Assembly (NCBI GenBank): GCA_963760795.1
Contig: CAVXEP010000018.1
Coordinates: 32,001 to 96,000 of the forward strand
From: an uncultured delta proteobacterium
GTDB lineage: Bacteria; Desulfobacterota; Binatia; UBA9968
Length of the DNA: 64,000 bases
Direction of reading: 5' to 3'
The position numbers and the translations under genes were made by a program. The notes under the pieces were generated by a model that saw nothing but the letters and a program-made list of their open reading frames with translations, searched no databases and was not told the DNA's origin. Positions 20,641 through 30,015 of the stretch are shown here, piece after piece. Within the stretch, counting starts at the first letter, position 1. Every line of letters begins with the position of its first letter.

Positions 20641-21573
20641 ATGCTGCGCATCGCCGTACCCGACTTAGTATCGAATTCTTATTTCCCGATCATCGCGGCC
20701 GTCGAGATGGGATTTTTCACGGAAGAAGGCTTCGACGCTTCCGTCGATCTATTATTTCCCATTCCAAAAACCTTCGAAGCGCTGCGCGATGGCGCCCTCG
20801 ACTTCGTCGTCGGCTCGGCCCACGCGACGTTGCTCGCGTTCCCCGAGTGGCAAGGCGCCAAGCTGCTCGCCGCCTGCGGCCAGCATACTTACTGGTTTCT
20901 GGTCATCCGTAGCGATCTCAAACCGCAGCGCGGCGATTTGAGCATCGTTAAAGGCTTGCGCATCGGCGCCGCGCCGGGCGTCAATTTGAGCTTGCAGCGC
21001 CTGTTGGTCGAAGCCGGCATCGATCCCGACAAAAATAATGTTCAGATTATGCCCATTCCTGGCGCGGGAGGGCCAAACGTTTCCTTCGGCCTGTCGGCAG
21101 CCAAAGCACTCGAGGAAGGCACACTGGACGGTTTTTGGGCCAATGGCATGGGTTGCGAAGTGGCCGTGCGGCGCGGCATCGGCACCATGGTCCTCGATGT
21201 CCGCCGCGGCGACGGCCCGACGGCGGCACGTCATTACACGTTCTCTGCACTGGTGGCGACGGACCAGACGATCAAGGACAACCCGGCAGCAGCCCGTGCC
21301 GCGGTGCGCGCGCTGATGAAAGCTCACAAGGCTTTAAAGCAAGATCCCGCGCGCGCTACTGCGGTGGGCCAAAAGCGCTTTCCAGCCTCCGAAGCAGAAC
21401 TGATCGCCGAACTGGTGCGCCGCGATCTGCCCTTTTACGACCCGACGATTGCACCGGAAAAGGTCGAGAGCATGAACCGCTTCGCCCAAGACATCGGCCT
21501 GCTCAAGGCCCCGGCAGCCTATGACCAGGTGGTCGCGATCGAGTACAGCAGCCTTTGGCACGAACCCGTGTAG
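20641..21573 (+). CDS. ABC transporter substrate-binding protein (NMT1/THI5-like)
   Basis: AVEMGFFTEEG, ALRDGALDF, KGLRIG, ALEEGTLDG. Confidence 0.85.
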   Translation: MLRIAVPDLVSNSYFPIIAAVEMGFFTEEGFDASVDLLFPIPKTFEALRDGALDFVVGSAHATLLAFPEWQGAKLLAACGQHTYWFLVIRSDLKPQRGDLSIVKGLRIGAAPGVNLSLQRLLVEAGIDPDKNNVQIMPIPGAGGPNVSFGLSAAKALEEGTLDGFWANGMGCEVAVRRGIGTMVLDVRRGDGPTAARHYTFSALVATDQTIKDNPAAARAAVRALMKAHKALKQDPARATAVGQKRFPASEAELIAELVRRDLPFYDPTIAPEKVESMNRFAQDIGLLKAPAAYDQVVAIEYSSLWHEPV

Positions 21574-21782
21574 GCTGGCCCTGCTCATGAAACCATCCCT
21601 AGCGAATCGATTTGCCCAATGGGATTGAGAAATTGGCCCGCCGCGCGATCACTTGCGAGGACCGCTAAAAGCCTGCGCGCGAAATGATATTAAGGTGCTA
21701 AGTAGCCAAATCTAGAGACTTTACATAGTAAATAAACACCGATAGACTTATCACACAAGCGTCCCATTTATTTTTCACCAAC

Positions 21783-21810
21783 GGAACTTTTTGGTGCAAG
21801 CAAAGTCTAA
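21783..21810 (+). promoter_or_regulatory. ECF (sigmaE/AlgU-type) promoter, probably autoregulatory
   Basis: GAACTT-N16-TCTAA, 13 bp upstream of the ATG at 21824. Confidence 0.7.
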
Positions 21811-21823
21811 CCCCTCTGAAACA

Positions 21824-22402
21824 ATGCAGTCAGACTCGATCAGCGACGCCGAGTATGTCCAAAAGCTACAGAGCGGGCAGGTCGACGCTTTTGAGGCATT
21901 GATCCGGCGCCATGAGAAGACCATTTTCAACCTCGTCTACCGCATGCTAGGCGATTATGACGACGCCGCGGAAACCACCCAAGAGGTGTTTCTTTCGGCT
22001 TACCGGGCCATTGGCCAGTTTCGCGGCGACGCCAATTTTTCCACATGGCTTTATCGCATCGCGCTCAATCATGCGACGACGCGGCGCAAGACCATGAATA
22101 CTCACCATCAACGCCAAGTTCCCATCGAAAACACCGAACCCCTGAGCGATCCCCAACCCGGTCCAGCGGAATCCATGGAAAAAAAAGAAATACGTGAAAC
22201 CGTGCAAAGAGCTCTAAACAGCTTGTCCGCCGATGACGCCACCGTGATCCTTCTGCGCGATCTCCAAGACGTGTCCTACGACGAGGTCGCCCGGGTGCTC
22301 GAAGTGCCGGTGGGAACCGTTAAGTCACGCTTGCATCGCGCCCGGCAAGCACTCAAATCCGAATTAGCATCCTACTTCTACGCCGGAAGGAAGGCAGTAT
22401 GA
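21824..22402 (+). CDS. ECF RNA polymerase sigma-70 factor
   Basis: DAAETTQEVF, FSTWLYRIALN, SYDEVARVLEVPVGTVKSRLHRAR. Confidence 0.94.
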   Translation: MQSDSISDAEYVQKLQSGQVDAFEALIRRHEKTIFNLVYRMLGDYDDAAETTQEVFLSAYRAIGQFRGDANFSTWLYRIALNHATTRRKTMNTHHQRQVPIENTEPLSDPQPGPAESMEKKEIRETVQRALNSLSADDATVILLRDLQDVSYDEVARVLEVPVGTVKSRLHRARQALKSELASYFYAGRKAV

Positions 22403-23508
22403 ACTGCGAAGAGGTCGCCAAGCATCTGACCGAATATCTCGACAAAAACCTCGACATGGCGATGACCACGCGGGTCGCGACCCATGTGATTTCCTGCGCC
22501 CATTGCCGCACCGAATCCAACGAGTTAGCCGATTGCATCCAGCAAGTGGCAACCTTGCCGGTGATGGAACCGCCGCTCGGCTTCGCTCAGCGGGTTATGG
22601 CCCAAGTGCGCGACAGCGAGCCGAAAGCGAGCCTGTGGCAGCGGCTGATTGTGCCGCTGACAGGTGGCATTCCAGTCCAGGCAACCGCCATGGCGGTGAT
22701 CGCGATCTTCGCAGTAGTTTTCTATCAAAATGAACCAGCGTTAAAACAAAATCGTGAGGTCAATCTGGCGTTAAAATCTGCCAGCCCAGCGCCGATTAAA
22801 GAAAATGAACCAGCAGCCCCAACCGCCGCGGGCCAAGCTTCAGAGACGCGCCAAAAAACAGTTGCCCCAGTAAAGGCTCCCGCGGATCTTGCCAAGCGGA
22901 GCAGCGCAGAAACTTCGCCGCGCGCGTCGTCATCGTCACCAGCTGAATCGCCACAGCTTCGACCTGCAACGCCAGCGCCGTCACGAGCCGAATCAGAAAT
23001 TGCCGCGGAAGAAAAGAAAGAAGCTCCCAGACGACCGCCGCTGCGGGTCCAAGAAGTGACCACGGCACGGGATTCCGGTTTTATTTTTGGCGATCGTCGA
23101 AGTTTTACTGGGTCGCAACCCGCGCCGATTGGGTTGGAGCGACCGATTGCGCTCGGCGATCGAGTTGCCGATTTTGAGTTCGTCGTACGCCGGCGCTCGC
23201 CCCAGCGCCGCGATACTATCGAAAATTTGAACAGCACAGAGGTAGAAGACTCGCCGGCTACGGCGCGCCGCCCATCAACCATGCCACAGACAGGGAGAGC
23301 CAGAATAGAATCTATCGCGGAAATAAGATTTTATGACGTCGCCCCCGAACACTTCGAAATTTTCAAAAAAGAGCTAGCCACAGAAGCCAACATAGAGTCA
23401 GAACCGAAGGTCAGCGGCAAGGAAATCGAAGCCGCCAAACAAGCCGACCGCCAGTTATTGGTCAAAGTAACGATTTTACCGGTGGATCGTGCCACGCCAA
23501 CCCGCTAA
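22399..23508 (+). CDS. Zinc-binding (zf-HC2) membrane anti-sigma factor
   Basis: MNCEEV…HVISCAHC, one TM segment, Pro/Ala-rich tail; ATGA overlap with the sigma gene. Confidence 0.85.
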   Translation: MNCEEVAKHLTEYLDKNLDMAMTTRVATHVISCAHCRTESNELADCIQQVATLPVMEPPLGFAQRVMAQVRDSEPKASLWQRLIVPLTGGIPVQATAMAVIAIFAVVFYQNEPALKQNREVNLALKSASPAPIKENEPAAPTAAGQASETRQKTVAPVKAPADLAKRSSAETSPRASSSSPAESPQLRPATPAPSRAESEIAAEEKKEAPRRPPLRVQEVTTARDSGFIFGDRRSFTGSQPAPIGLERPIALGDRVADFEFVVRRRSPQRRDTIENLNSTEVEDSPATARRPSTMPQTGRARIESIAEIRFYDVAPEHFEIFKKELATEANIESEPKVSGKEIEAAKQADRQLLVKVTILPVDRATPTR

Positions 23509-23588
23509 AATTCCAGCCATCTTCTGAGAACTTCCAGTCGAAACTGCAGCTAATTTTTGGTCAAGATCGGGATATCCCGACAACGCGT

Positions 23589-24077
23589 TCAACCGACAAA
23601 GAGAGTATATTTGGCGCCGTTCAGATTGCTGAGGGGCTTAGGATGCAGCAAACGGCGGTCCGGCGCGAGGACCCGTTGGGCGATTTCCCAATTCACCGGC
23701 GGCAGTGGGGTGAGCTTGCCGATCTGTTCCAGCGAGAAAAATTCTGCATGGTCGGTCTCATGGCCGTCGGGACACGGCTCGCCGGCGATGGGACGCAAAA
23801 GCAGGATCACGTAAACGCCATTGCCGCTGTCGGGATCGTAGCGGCTTCGCAAACCCAGGACAGCTTCGACTTCAGCCGTCACCCCCGCTTCTTCTTGAAC
23901 TTCTCGGACCACGGCCTGTTCGATGGTCTCGTCGGGTTCAATAAAACCGCCCGGCAATTGCCAATTACCTCGCCCATGGCGCGACGACCGGCGCACGAAC
24001 AGTAATTTATCGTCGCGCACCACCGCGCCACCGACGCCGATGTTGTAGCCAGTATTGTAGCGTTCAGGAATTGCCAC
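23589..24077 (-). CDS. NUDIX hydrolase
   Basis: Nudix box GGFIEPDETIEQAVVREVQEEAGV. Confidence 0.92.
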   Translation of the reverse strand: MAIPERYNTGYNIGVGGAVVRDDKLLFVRRSSRHGRGNWQLPGGFIEPDETIEQAVVREVQEEAGVTAEVEAVLGLRSRYDPDSGNGVYVILLLRPIAGEPCPDGHETDHAEFFSLEQIGKLTPLPPVNWEIAQRVLAPDRRLLHPKPLSNLNGAKYTLFVG

Positions 24078-24106
24078 TGGGATAAAAACCTTTCTGTTGC
24101 CGTAAT

Positions 24107-25289
24107 TTAACCGGGCAATTGAAACAATCGCTGCGCGTTCTTGTAGCGAATCAACTCTTTCGCGTCCTCGGAGATGTGCTTGTGGTCGCGCAAGAGCCGG
24201 ACATCTTCGAATTTCATCCTGCCGCCGGGATCGTCATGGGGGTAGTCGGTGGCGAAGAGAAACCGCTCGGCGCCGAGAAATTCGATCGCTTCCGAAAGCT
24301 CCGGCTCTTCGGTCTCGATGGTGAATGAGAAATTATTTTTGAAATAGTAACTCGCGGGTTTGATATTCTTTTCGAGAAATAATTGCGCCGGATTGATCGC
24401 CCGCGCGCGCCGCAGCCGCTCGCCGACCTTGGTCAACGGACCGCGGCTGTTGAGCGGATCTTCCTGGTCGTCATAATCCACCGGCGGGCTGTCCAAAATC
24501 TTATCGAGCCATTGAACTAAAGGTTTGATGAACGAAGTGCCGGCTTCGGTAAAAATAAACTGCAACTTCGGAAAGTCATCGAGCAAGCCGCTGGTGATCA
24601 GCGACACCAAACTCATCTGCCCTTCTTGGGGCGCGAAGATATACAACCCGTCGCGCTGGAAGATCGGCAGATTGCTCAACCGGTGGCCATGCTGGACATT
24701 ATGCAGATAGATCGGCATCGACAGTTCTTCGGCACGTTTAAAAAACGGCCAAAGCTCGCGGTGGCTGCCGAGCGGCTCGCCGTAAGGATGATCCTTTACC
24801 GGATAAATTTTGTCGAGGACCACTGCGCAAAAGCCGCGATCCTTGGCCCATTCCATCTCGCCGACCGCCCCGGCCACATCTTGCAGCGGCACCAACGCCA
24901 CACCGAGAATCTTGCCGGAATATTCGCTCATCAAGCGCAGTAATGACTCGTTGTGCGAGCGCGCCATGCGGCAGGCGAGTTCCGCTTCGATCAGGTAAGA
25001 CCACCAGCCGGAAAACTGCGGCAGCACGATCTGCCGATCGATACCCAGCCGGCCGTCATAGTCTTTCATCCGCGCGACCGGATCCCAGAGGCTACGAAAC
25101 ATCGCCCCCGATCCCGGCGCCGGCAGCGGGCTCGTGCCGGTAACTTCCGATGGATAGCCGGGAAAGTCTACGTCAACGTAGAGCTCCTGGGCGTCGAACT
25201 TTGAGCGTCGGCTTAATCGTTTCCAGAACACCGTCGACGCCGTTGAAGGCGTCTCGCGGCATAAGGTGGGTATCGCAATCGATGATCAA
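24107..25289 (-). CDS. Amidohydrolase family protein; apparent frameshift near 25200
   Basis: TTG-start MIIDCDTH joins ORF 24107..25231 (PIYLH, TEAGT, FATDYPH). Confidence 0.85.
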
Positions 25290-25438
25290 TGTAGAGCCTC
25301 CGAAGTATGCATACGCTTCGGTTATAAGGCTCTCCCGCGCACTATGTCAATTAGGCAGACGAGGGCGGACCGGCAAGTCCGCCCTCTAATGAAAAGTTTC
25401 TGTCACCGGTTGCGATCGCGAAGTCTGAAGATATCCGA

Positions 25439-25994
25439 TCAGTCTCGACCGTGGCCCCAACCCCACCGGTCGGCAACGCGCCCGCGGCTACGATCGTCCC
25501 GGCGCCCCCAACCCCAAGCGTTGGTGTCATTACGTCCCAGACGGCTGCGATCGTCCCGGCGGCCCCAGCCCCAACCGAGGGAGTCATTACGGCCCAAACG
25601 GTCGCGTTGCCCAACGTTAGTATCCCGACCGTACCAGCGGTCCCGATTCGAGCTCAACGTCTCAAGATTTTCGCTGATTTCACGATGATCCTGAGCCAGT
25701 TCTTCAAGGTCACGGCGAATCTCTTCACGCTTACGATAGATTTCCTGACGGCTCGCGCCGCTGCGCTGGAGCCGCTCCAATTCGGCGCGATCGCGCTCAA
25801 GCTCGGTTTGATCCCGGCGCAGTTCAGCGTGGTCTCGCTGCAACTCGGTTGCTCTGGAGTTGCGAGCTCGTGCCGCTATCCCGGTCCAAATCCCTTTGCC
25901 GGCTGCGTGCGTCGGCGCTCGCTGAGTCGGGCGTCGCGAAAGCCAACAGCGATACAATCCCGGCGGCAAATAGTCCTTTTGTGGTTATGGTCAT
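25439..25994 (-). CDS. Secreted Arg/Asp-rich coiled-coil protein with C-terminal WGWG repeats; apparent frameshift near 25860-25900
   Basis: aaggagg RBS; signal-like MTITTKGLFAAGIVSLLAFATPDSASA; heptad region; 57-bp tandem repeat at 25491-25604. Confidence 0.6.
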
Positions 25995-26075
25995 TGTAAG
26001 AACCTCCTTGGCCAATTAGACGGCGCGGCCGAGCTAACGTTAACGAGGCCGCTTTAAAAATCCTTCGGCCGCCGT

Positions 26076-26864
26076 TTGCAGCGCGAACCTTCGCCGCACA
26101 ATTCGCTAAAAATCGCCAGACCCCCCACCGGCGAGACCCGGGCGCGCGTCGCCTTTTTCTCTACCTGTTATGTGAACTACAACCAGCCCGAGATCGGCAA
26201 TGACACTCTCGATGTCATGGGGCGCAACAATGTCTATGTCGCGCTGGCCTACGAGCGCTGTTGCGTATGCCGTTATTGCACAACGGCGATATGGACGGCG
26301 CCATCGCTGCCGCCGAACGCAATGTCGCCTACCTGTTAAGCTTTGTCGAGGACGGCAGAACGGTGATCGCGACCAATCCGACCTGCTCGCAGATGCTGCG
26401 CGTCGAGTATCCGCGCCTGCTCGGCAGCGACGCGGCCAAGACGGTCGCCGCGGCGACCATGGATCCGATGGAATTTCTCGCCAAACTAGCGGCGGATGGC
26501 AAACTCAACAAGAAGTTTAAAACTAGCGCGGGAGCGATTAGCTATCATATCCCCTGCCACCTGCGCGCCCAAAACGTCGGCTACAAAACCCGCGATGTCT
26601 TGTCGCTCCTGCCGGATACCCAAGGTAAAGGTCGTCGAAGCGTGCTCCGGTCATGACGGCACTTGGGCCATGAAGAAAGAGAACTTTGAGAGGTCGCTTA
26701 AATATGGCGGCCGGGCGTTTAAGGAAATGGCCGAGAGTGATCCCAAAGTCACCTGCTCCGACTGCCCGCTGGCGGCAATTCAAATCGAACAGGCCAACGG
26801 CAAAAGGCCGCTCAATCCGATGCAGATTTTGGCGATGAGTTATCGCGGCGAATCGATCGCTTAG
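26076..26864 (+). pseudogene. C-terminal CCG-domain fragment of a GlpC/heterodisulfide-reductase-like Fe-S oxidoreductase
   Basis: FSTCYVNYN, RCC/GMPL, NPTCS, YHIPCHLRAQ, CSGHDGTW, SDCPLA spread over three frames; no N-terminal ferredoxin part and no good start. Confidence 0.7.
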
Positions 26865-26903
26865 AATCTCACAAGGCTCACGGGGCGACGACGATATTCC
26901 GGC

Positions 26904-27655
26904 TCAGCTAGCAACCGCGCTGGTGCATGACAAGTCGCTCTCCTGAATGCCGCAAACCAAAGCAACTTCGTCGCGGTAGAGTTGCCAAATTCTGAGCGCA
27001 TCCTCCATCACCCGCACCACGGCGCCCCGGCGCAGCGGCACGACATGATCCAAGATCGCGTTCCAAGCGGCGGCGCGGTGGCAGTCCTTCCACCTGTCGA
27101 TGGGCTTTGGTCAGCGCTAAATGCTCCACCGAGAGTCCGTAATATTTCACCAGGGGATGTTCCTCCAGCGGCGGTGGCGGCTGATTTTTCCTGGCATCGA
27201 GCGCGGCTCTTTCAGCGCTCGATCCTTCGACAAAGATGGTGACGATTGCCGACGCGATATCCCAACCGAAGGACTCTGTCGCGGCGTCGAGAAAATTCAC
27301 GGTAACGCTGCGCCGCCGGCAACAGCTGGATATTTTGAAATCGGCTCAGGTCCATACCGAGGCCGCGGGGATATTCGAGAAAAAGCTCGGGGTGAGGCCG
27401 GCCGGCGACCAGGCCGCCGGTTTCTTCTTCGTAGAGATTCTCCGCCAAGCTGCGGCGAATCTCGGCGATGGGACAGCGAATATAGGATCGCCCAACGAGT
27501 ATCGGAAAGTCGCGCACGTAGGTGCCATATTCTTGCTCGAAATGAAAATGCAGCCGATCTCTGGGCACGCGGCCTGAAGTAAAAGCCGGCCAGGCCCAAT
27601 GATCCTTACGTTCCATCACACCGAGAAGCTGTTCGCGAAAGGTTTCCCGATTCAT
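26904..27655 (-). CDS. PqqC/CADD-like (heme-oxygenase-like diiron) redox enzyme; two apparent frameshifts
   Basis: ENLYEEETG…HPELF, FVEG and HRQVEG/H metal-ligand pattern; joined frames end …SAVAS*; ggagg RBS. Confidence 0.78.
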
Positions 27656-27700
27656 CGAGACCTCCATTACCTATCAGGCTGTTGTCTATTACTACAACGA

Positions 27701-27715
27701 GCAACCTTAGTGCCA
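27701..27715 (-). promoter_or_regulatory. sigma54 (-24/-12) promoter
   Basis: Minus strand reads TGGCAC-TAAGG-TTGC, the exact consensus, 45 bp upstream of the PqqC-like ATG; divergent sigma54 activator adjacent. Confidence 0.8.
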
Positions 27716-28018
27716 GCGAATAATTACGAGAAACACTTGTTTTCGTACCCAACATCCCGGCATCGGCGCGAAGCAATTGGAATGTATCGATGAATCGGGC
27801 CGCAGTGCCACAATGCTTATGGTCTGGCGGTAGCCATGCTGAGCTGTAGTCCGGAAACAAAGCACAATGCAGCCTAGGGGTTCGCCCTGGCTTCACCGTA
27901 GTGACGAACTGAGCGAATTATTGCAGACAATTCGATTCTATTGTTGCCAGTTTAGCACTTTCGGGTGCAATAGGCCTTTCATTGGCAGATTTTTGCCAAC
28001 TGTGTTAGGCAGGAAGAA

Positions 28019-29566
28019 ATGACTTCTAGTTACAGCGAAAAGCCTGCGCCACTGGCGAGCGGCACACCCGAACATGTCGATAAGTTGCGCGTCGTGCTCA
28101 ATATTTGCCGGCGTATGAGTGCGATCACCGACCTGGCCTCGCTCCAGACCTTGATTACCCGCGAAGCCAAGGAGCTGTTGCAGGCCGATCGCGTCAGCGT
28201 TTTTCTTTTCGACCGCGACAACTGCGAGTTGTGGTCAGCGATCTCTGAAGAAGGCAAGATCATGCGCTTCGACGCCCGCCTTGGTATTGCCGGCGCGGTG
28301 GCTATGACCGGGAAAGCCATCAACACGGCAAACGCCTACGAGCATCCGTTGTTTTACAAAGAAGTCGATATTGAAACCGGCTATCGCACCCGCAACCTGC
28401 TGGCCGTGCCGCTTTACAGTCTCGACGGCGCCGTCATCGGTGTCGGCGAAGCGACCAACAAAATCGGCGGCGTGTTTACCGACGCCGACGCCGAGATCCT
28501 GACGACACTGGCGGCCCAGCTCGCCGATGTGATCGAGAACTCGCCGATTGCCAGCGAGCTCAAGACTCATAAGCAGGAACCGCGGAGCTACCCCGCCGCC
28601 GAATTCATCAGCGGCTTCGCCACCCAAAAGATCGTCGGCATGAGTCATCGCATAGAGTCGATCATCCGCTTGATCGACCAGATTCGCCCAAGTTCGGTGG
28701 ACGTCTTGATTCAAGGCGAAAGCGGCACCGGCAAGGAACTGATCGCCAAAGCGCTGCACTTCAACAGCCCGCGAGCCAAGTATCCCTTCGTCGCTCTCAA
28801 CTGCGCGGCACTGCCGGACAACCTGGTAGAAACCGAACTTTTTGGCATCGAAAAAGGCGTCGCCACCGGCGTCGATCGGCGCATCGGAAAATTCGAAGCC
28901 GCCCATGGCGGCACCCTGTTCCTCGATGAAATTGGCGACCTGAGCCTGTCCGCGCAGGCGAAAATTCTCCGGGTGGTGCAAGAACGCTCCATCGATCGCA
29001 TCGGCAGCCGAGCGCCGGTGCCGGTGGACGTGAGGATCGTCGCCGCCACCAATCGCGATCTTGAAACCGCCATGAGAGAAAAACTCTTTCGCGAGGATCT
29101 CTACTACCGGCTGAGCGTCGTGCGCATTCAGACGCCGTCCCTGCGCGAAAGCCCCGAGGACATTCCGATCCTGGCCAATCATTTCTTGCAAAAACATTGC
29201 AGCGCCAACCAGGTGGAACTCAAACAGTTCACGTCCGCGGCCATCGCTAGTTTGATGGCGTACGGTTGGCCAGGGAACGCGCGCCAACTGGAAAACGAAG
29301 TAAAACGCTTAGTCGCATCGGTGCGCAGCGCTGCCATCGATGCCGAGCAACTGGTGCTAGAGAGCCGTAGCAGCCACGCGATTGCCAGACCGGCAGCCGA
29401 ACCGTCGCCGGGGCAAACGCTAAGCCAAGCCATCGATGCATTGGAACGGAAGATGATTCAACAAACCCTCGATGGCTGCAATGGCAACAAAGCCAAAGCC
29501 GCGCAGATACTCGGATTAAGCCGCCAGGGATTGATAAAGAAACTGCGGCGGCTAAAAATGGACTAG
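28019..29566 (+). CDS. GAF-domain sigma54-interacting transcriptional regulator (GAF-AAA-Fis HTH)
   Basis: GESGTGKE, LFLDEIG, FREDLYYRL, WPGNARQL, C-terminal HTH; the GAFTGA loop reads GVATGV. Confidence 0.93.
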   Translation: MTSSYSEKPAPLASGTPEHVDKLRVVLNICRRMSAITDLASLQTLITREAKELLQADRVSVFLFDRDNCELWSAISEEGKIMRFDARLGIAGAVAMTGKAINTANAYEHPLFYKEVDIETGYRTRNLLAVPLYSLDGAVIGVGEATNKIGGVFTDADAEILTTLAAQLADVIENSPIASELKTHKQEPRSYPAAEFISGFATQKIVGMSHRIESIIRLIDQIRPSSVDVLIQGESGTGKELIAKALHFNSPRAKYPFVALNCAALPDNLVETELFGIEKGVATGVDRRIGKFEAAHGGTLFLDEIGDLSLSAQAKILRVVQERSIDRIGSRAPVPVDVRIVAATNRDLETAMREKLFREDLYYRLSVVRIQTPSLRESPEDIPILANHFLQKHCSANQVELKQFTSAAIASLMAYGWPGNARQLENEVKRLVASVRSAAIDAEQLVLESRSSHAIARPAAEPSPGQTLSQAIDALERKMIQQTLDGCNGNKAKAAQILGLSRQGLIKKLRRLKMD

Positions 29567-29689
29567 CAGGTATGATTTTCGCCTCGGGAGACCAAGCGCT
29601 GTCGGCGCACCTGGCTCGCCGACACTTCAGTCATGCTGCGAGAAAGCACCACCCTGTCAATCCGGTGGAGCGCGCGACAACCCGCGCGC

Positions 29690-29929
29690 TTAGCCGGCAA
29701 GCTTCTTGAGGTTTTCTTTAACCGCCGCCCGTAGCAGCGGATTTCGCTTGACCACAGTCGAGTAGGCTTTGCGCGCCGCCGCAGTCTTCGCAGCCGCAGA
29801 TTTAGCCTTTGACGCTTTCAACAGAGCTTGGACCGCGGCATTCAAATCTTTGTTGGAGCTAATCAATTTGCGATTAGCTTTGCGCAATTTCGTCGCCGCC
29901 GCTGCCGATAATTTTACACCTTTGCCCAC
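29690..29929 (-). CDS. Small, very basic Lys/Ala-rich protein
   Basis: 79 aa ORF with GTG start and gaggt RBS; only two acidic residues. Confidence 0.6.
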   Translation of the reverse strand: MGKGVKLSAAAATKLRKANRKLISSNKDLNAAVQALLKASKAKSAAAKTAAARKAYSTVVKRNPLLRAAVKENLKKLAG

Positions 29930-30015
29930 GTTGCACCTCTTTTGCCGTTGACGTTACATCGTCACACAATACTTCAGATCGACTGCCAATGAAATTATTT
30001 TATTCTTTCGCCAAG

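Noticed and set aside
25439-27655. WGWG-repeat protein plus PqqC-like oxidase as a RiPP precursor/modifier pair
   Set aside because: They are separated by an opposite-strand fragment, the protein has a Sec-like signal, and no RRE, radical SAM enzyme, protease or exporter is present
26904-27655. Calling this gene pqqC (PQQ biosynthesis)
   Set aside because: No pqqA/B/D/E nearby, and the motif pattern fits the broader CADD/diiron oxidase group
27982-27999. Second sigma54 promoter in front of the activator
   Set aside because: The GG-to-GC spacing is 9 nt rather than the required 10; kept only as a palindrome
29970-29990. sigma54 promoter for the small basic protein (minus strand TGGCAG…CTGA)
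   Set aside because: The -12 element reads GA instead of GC
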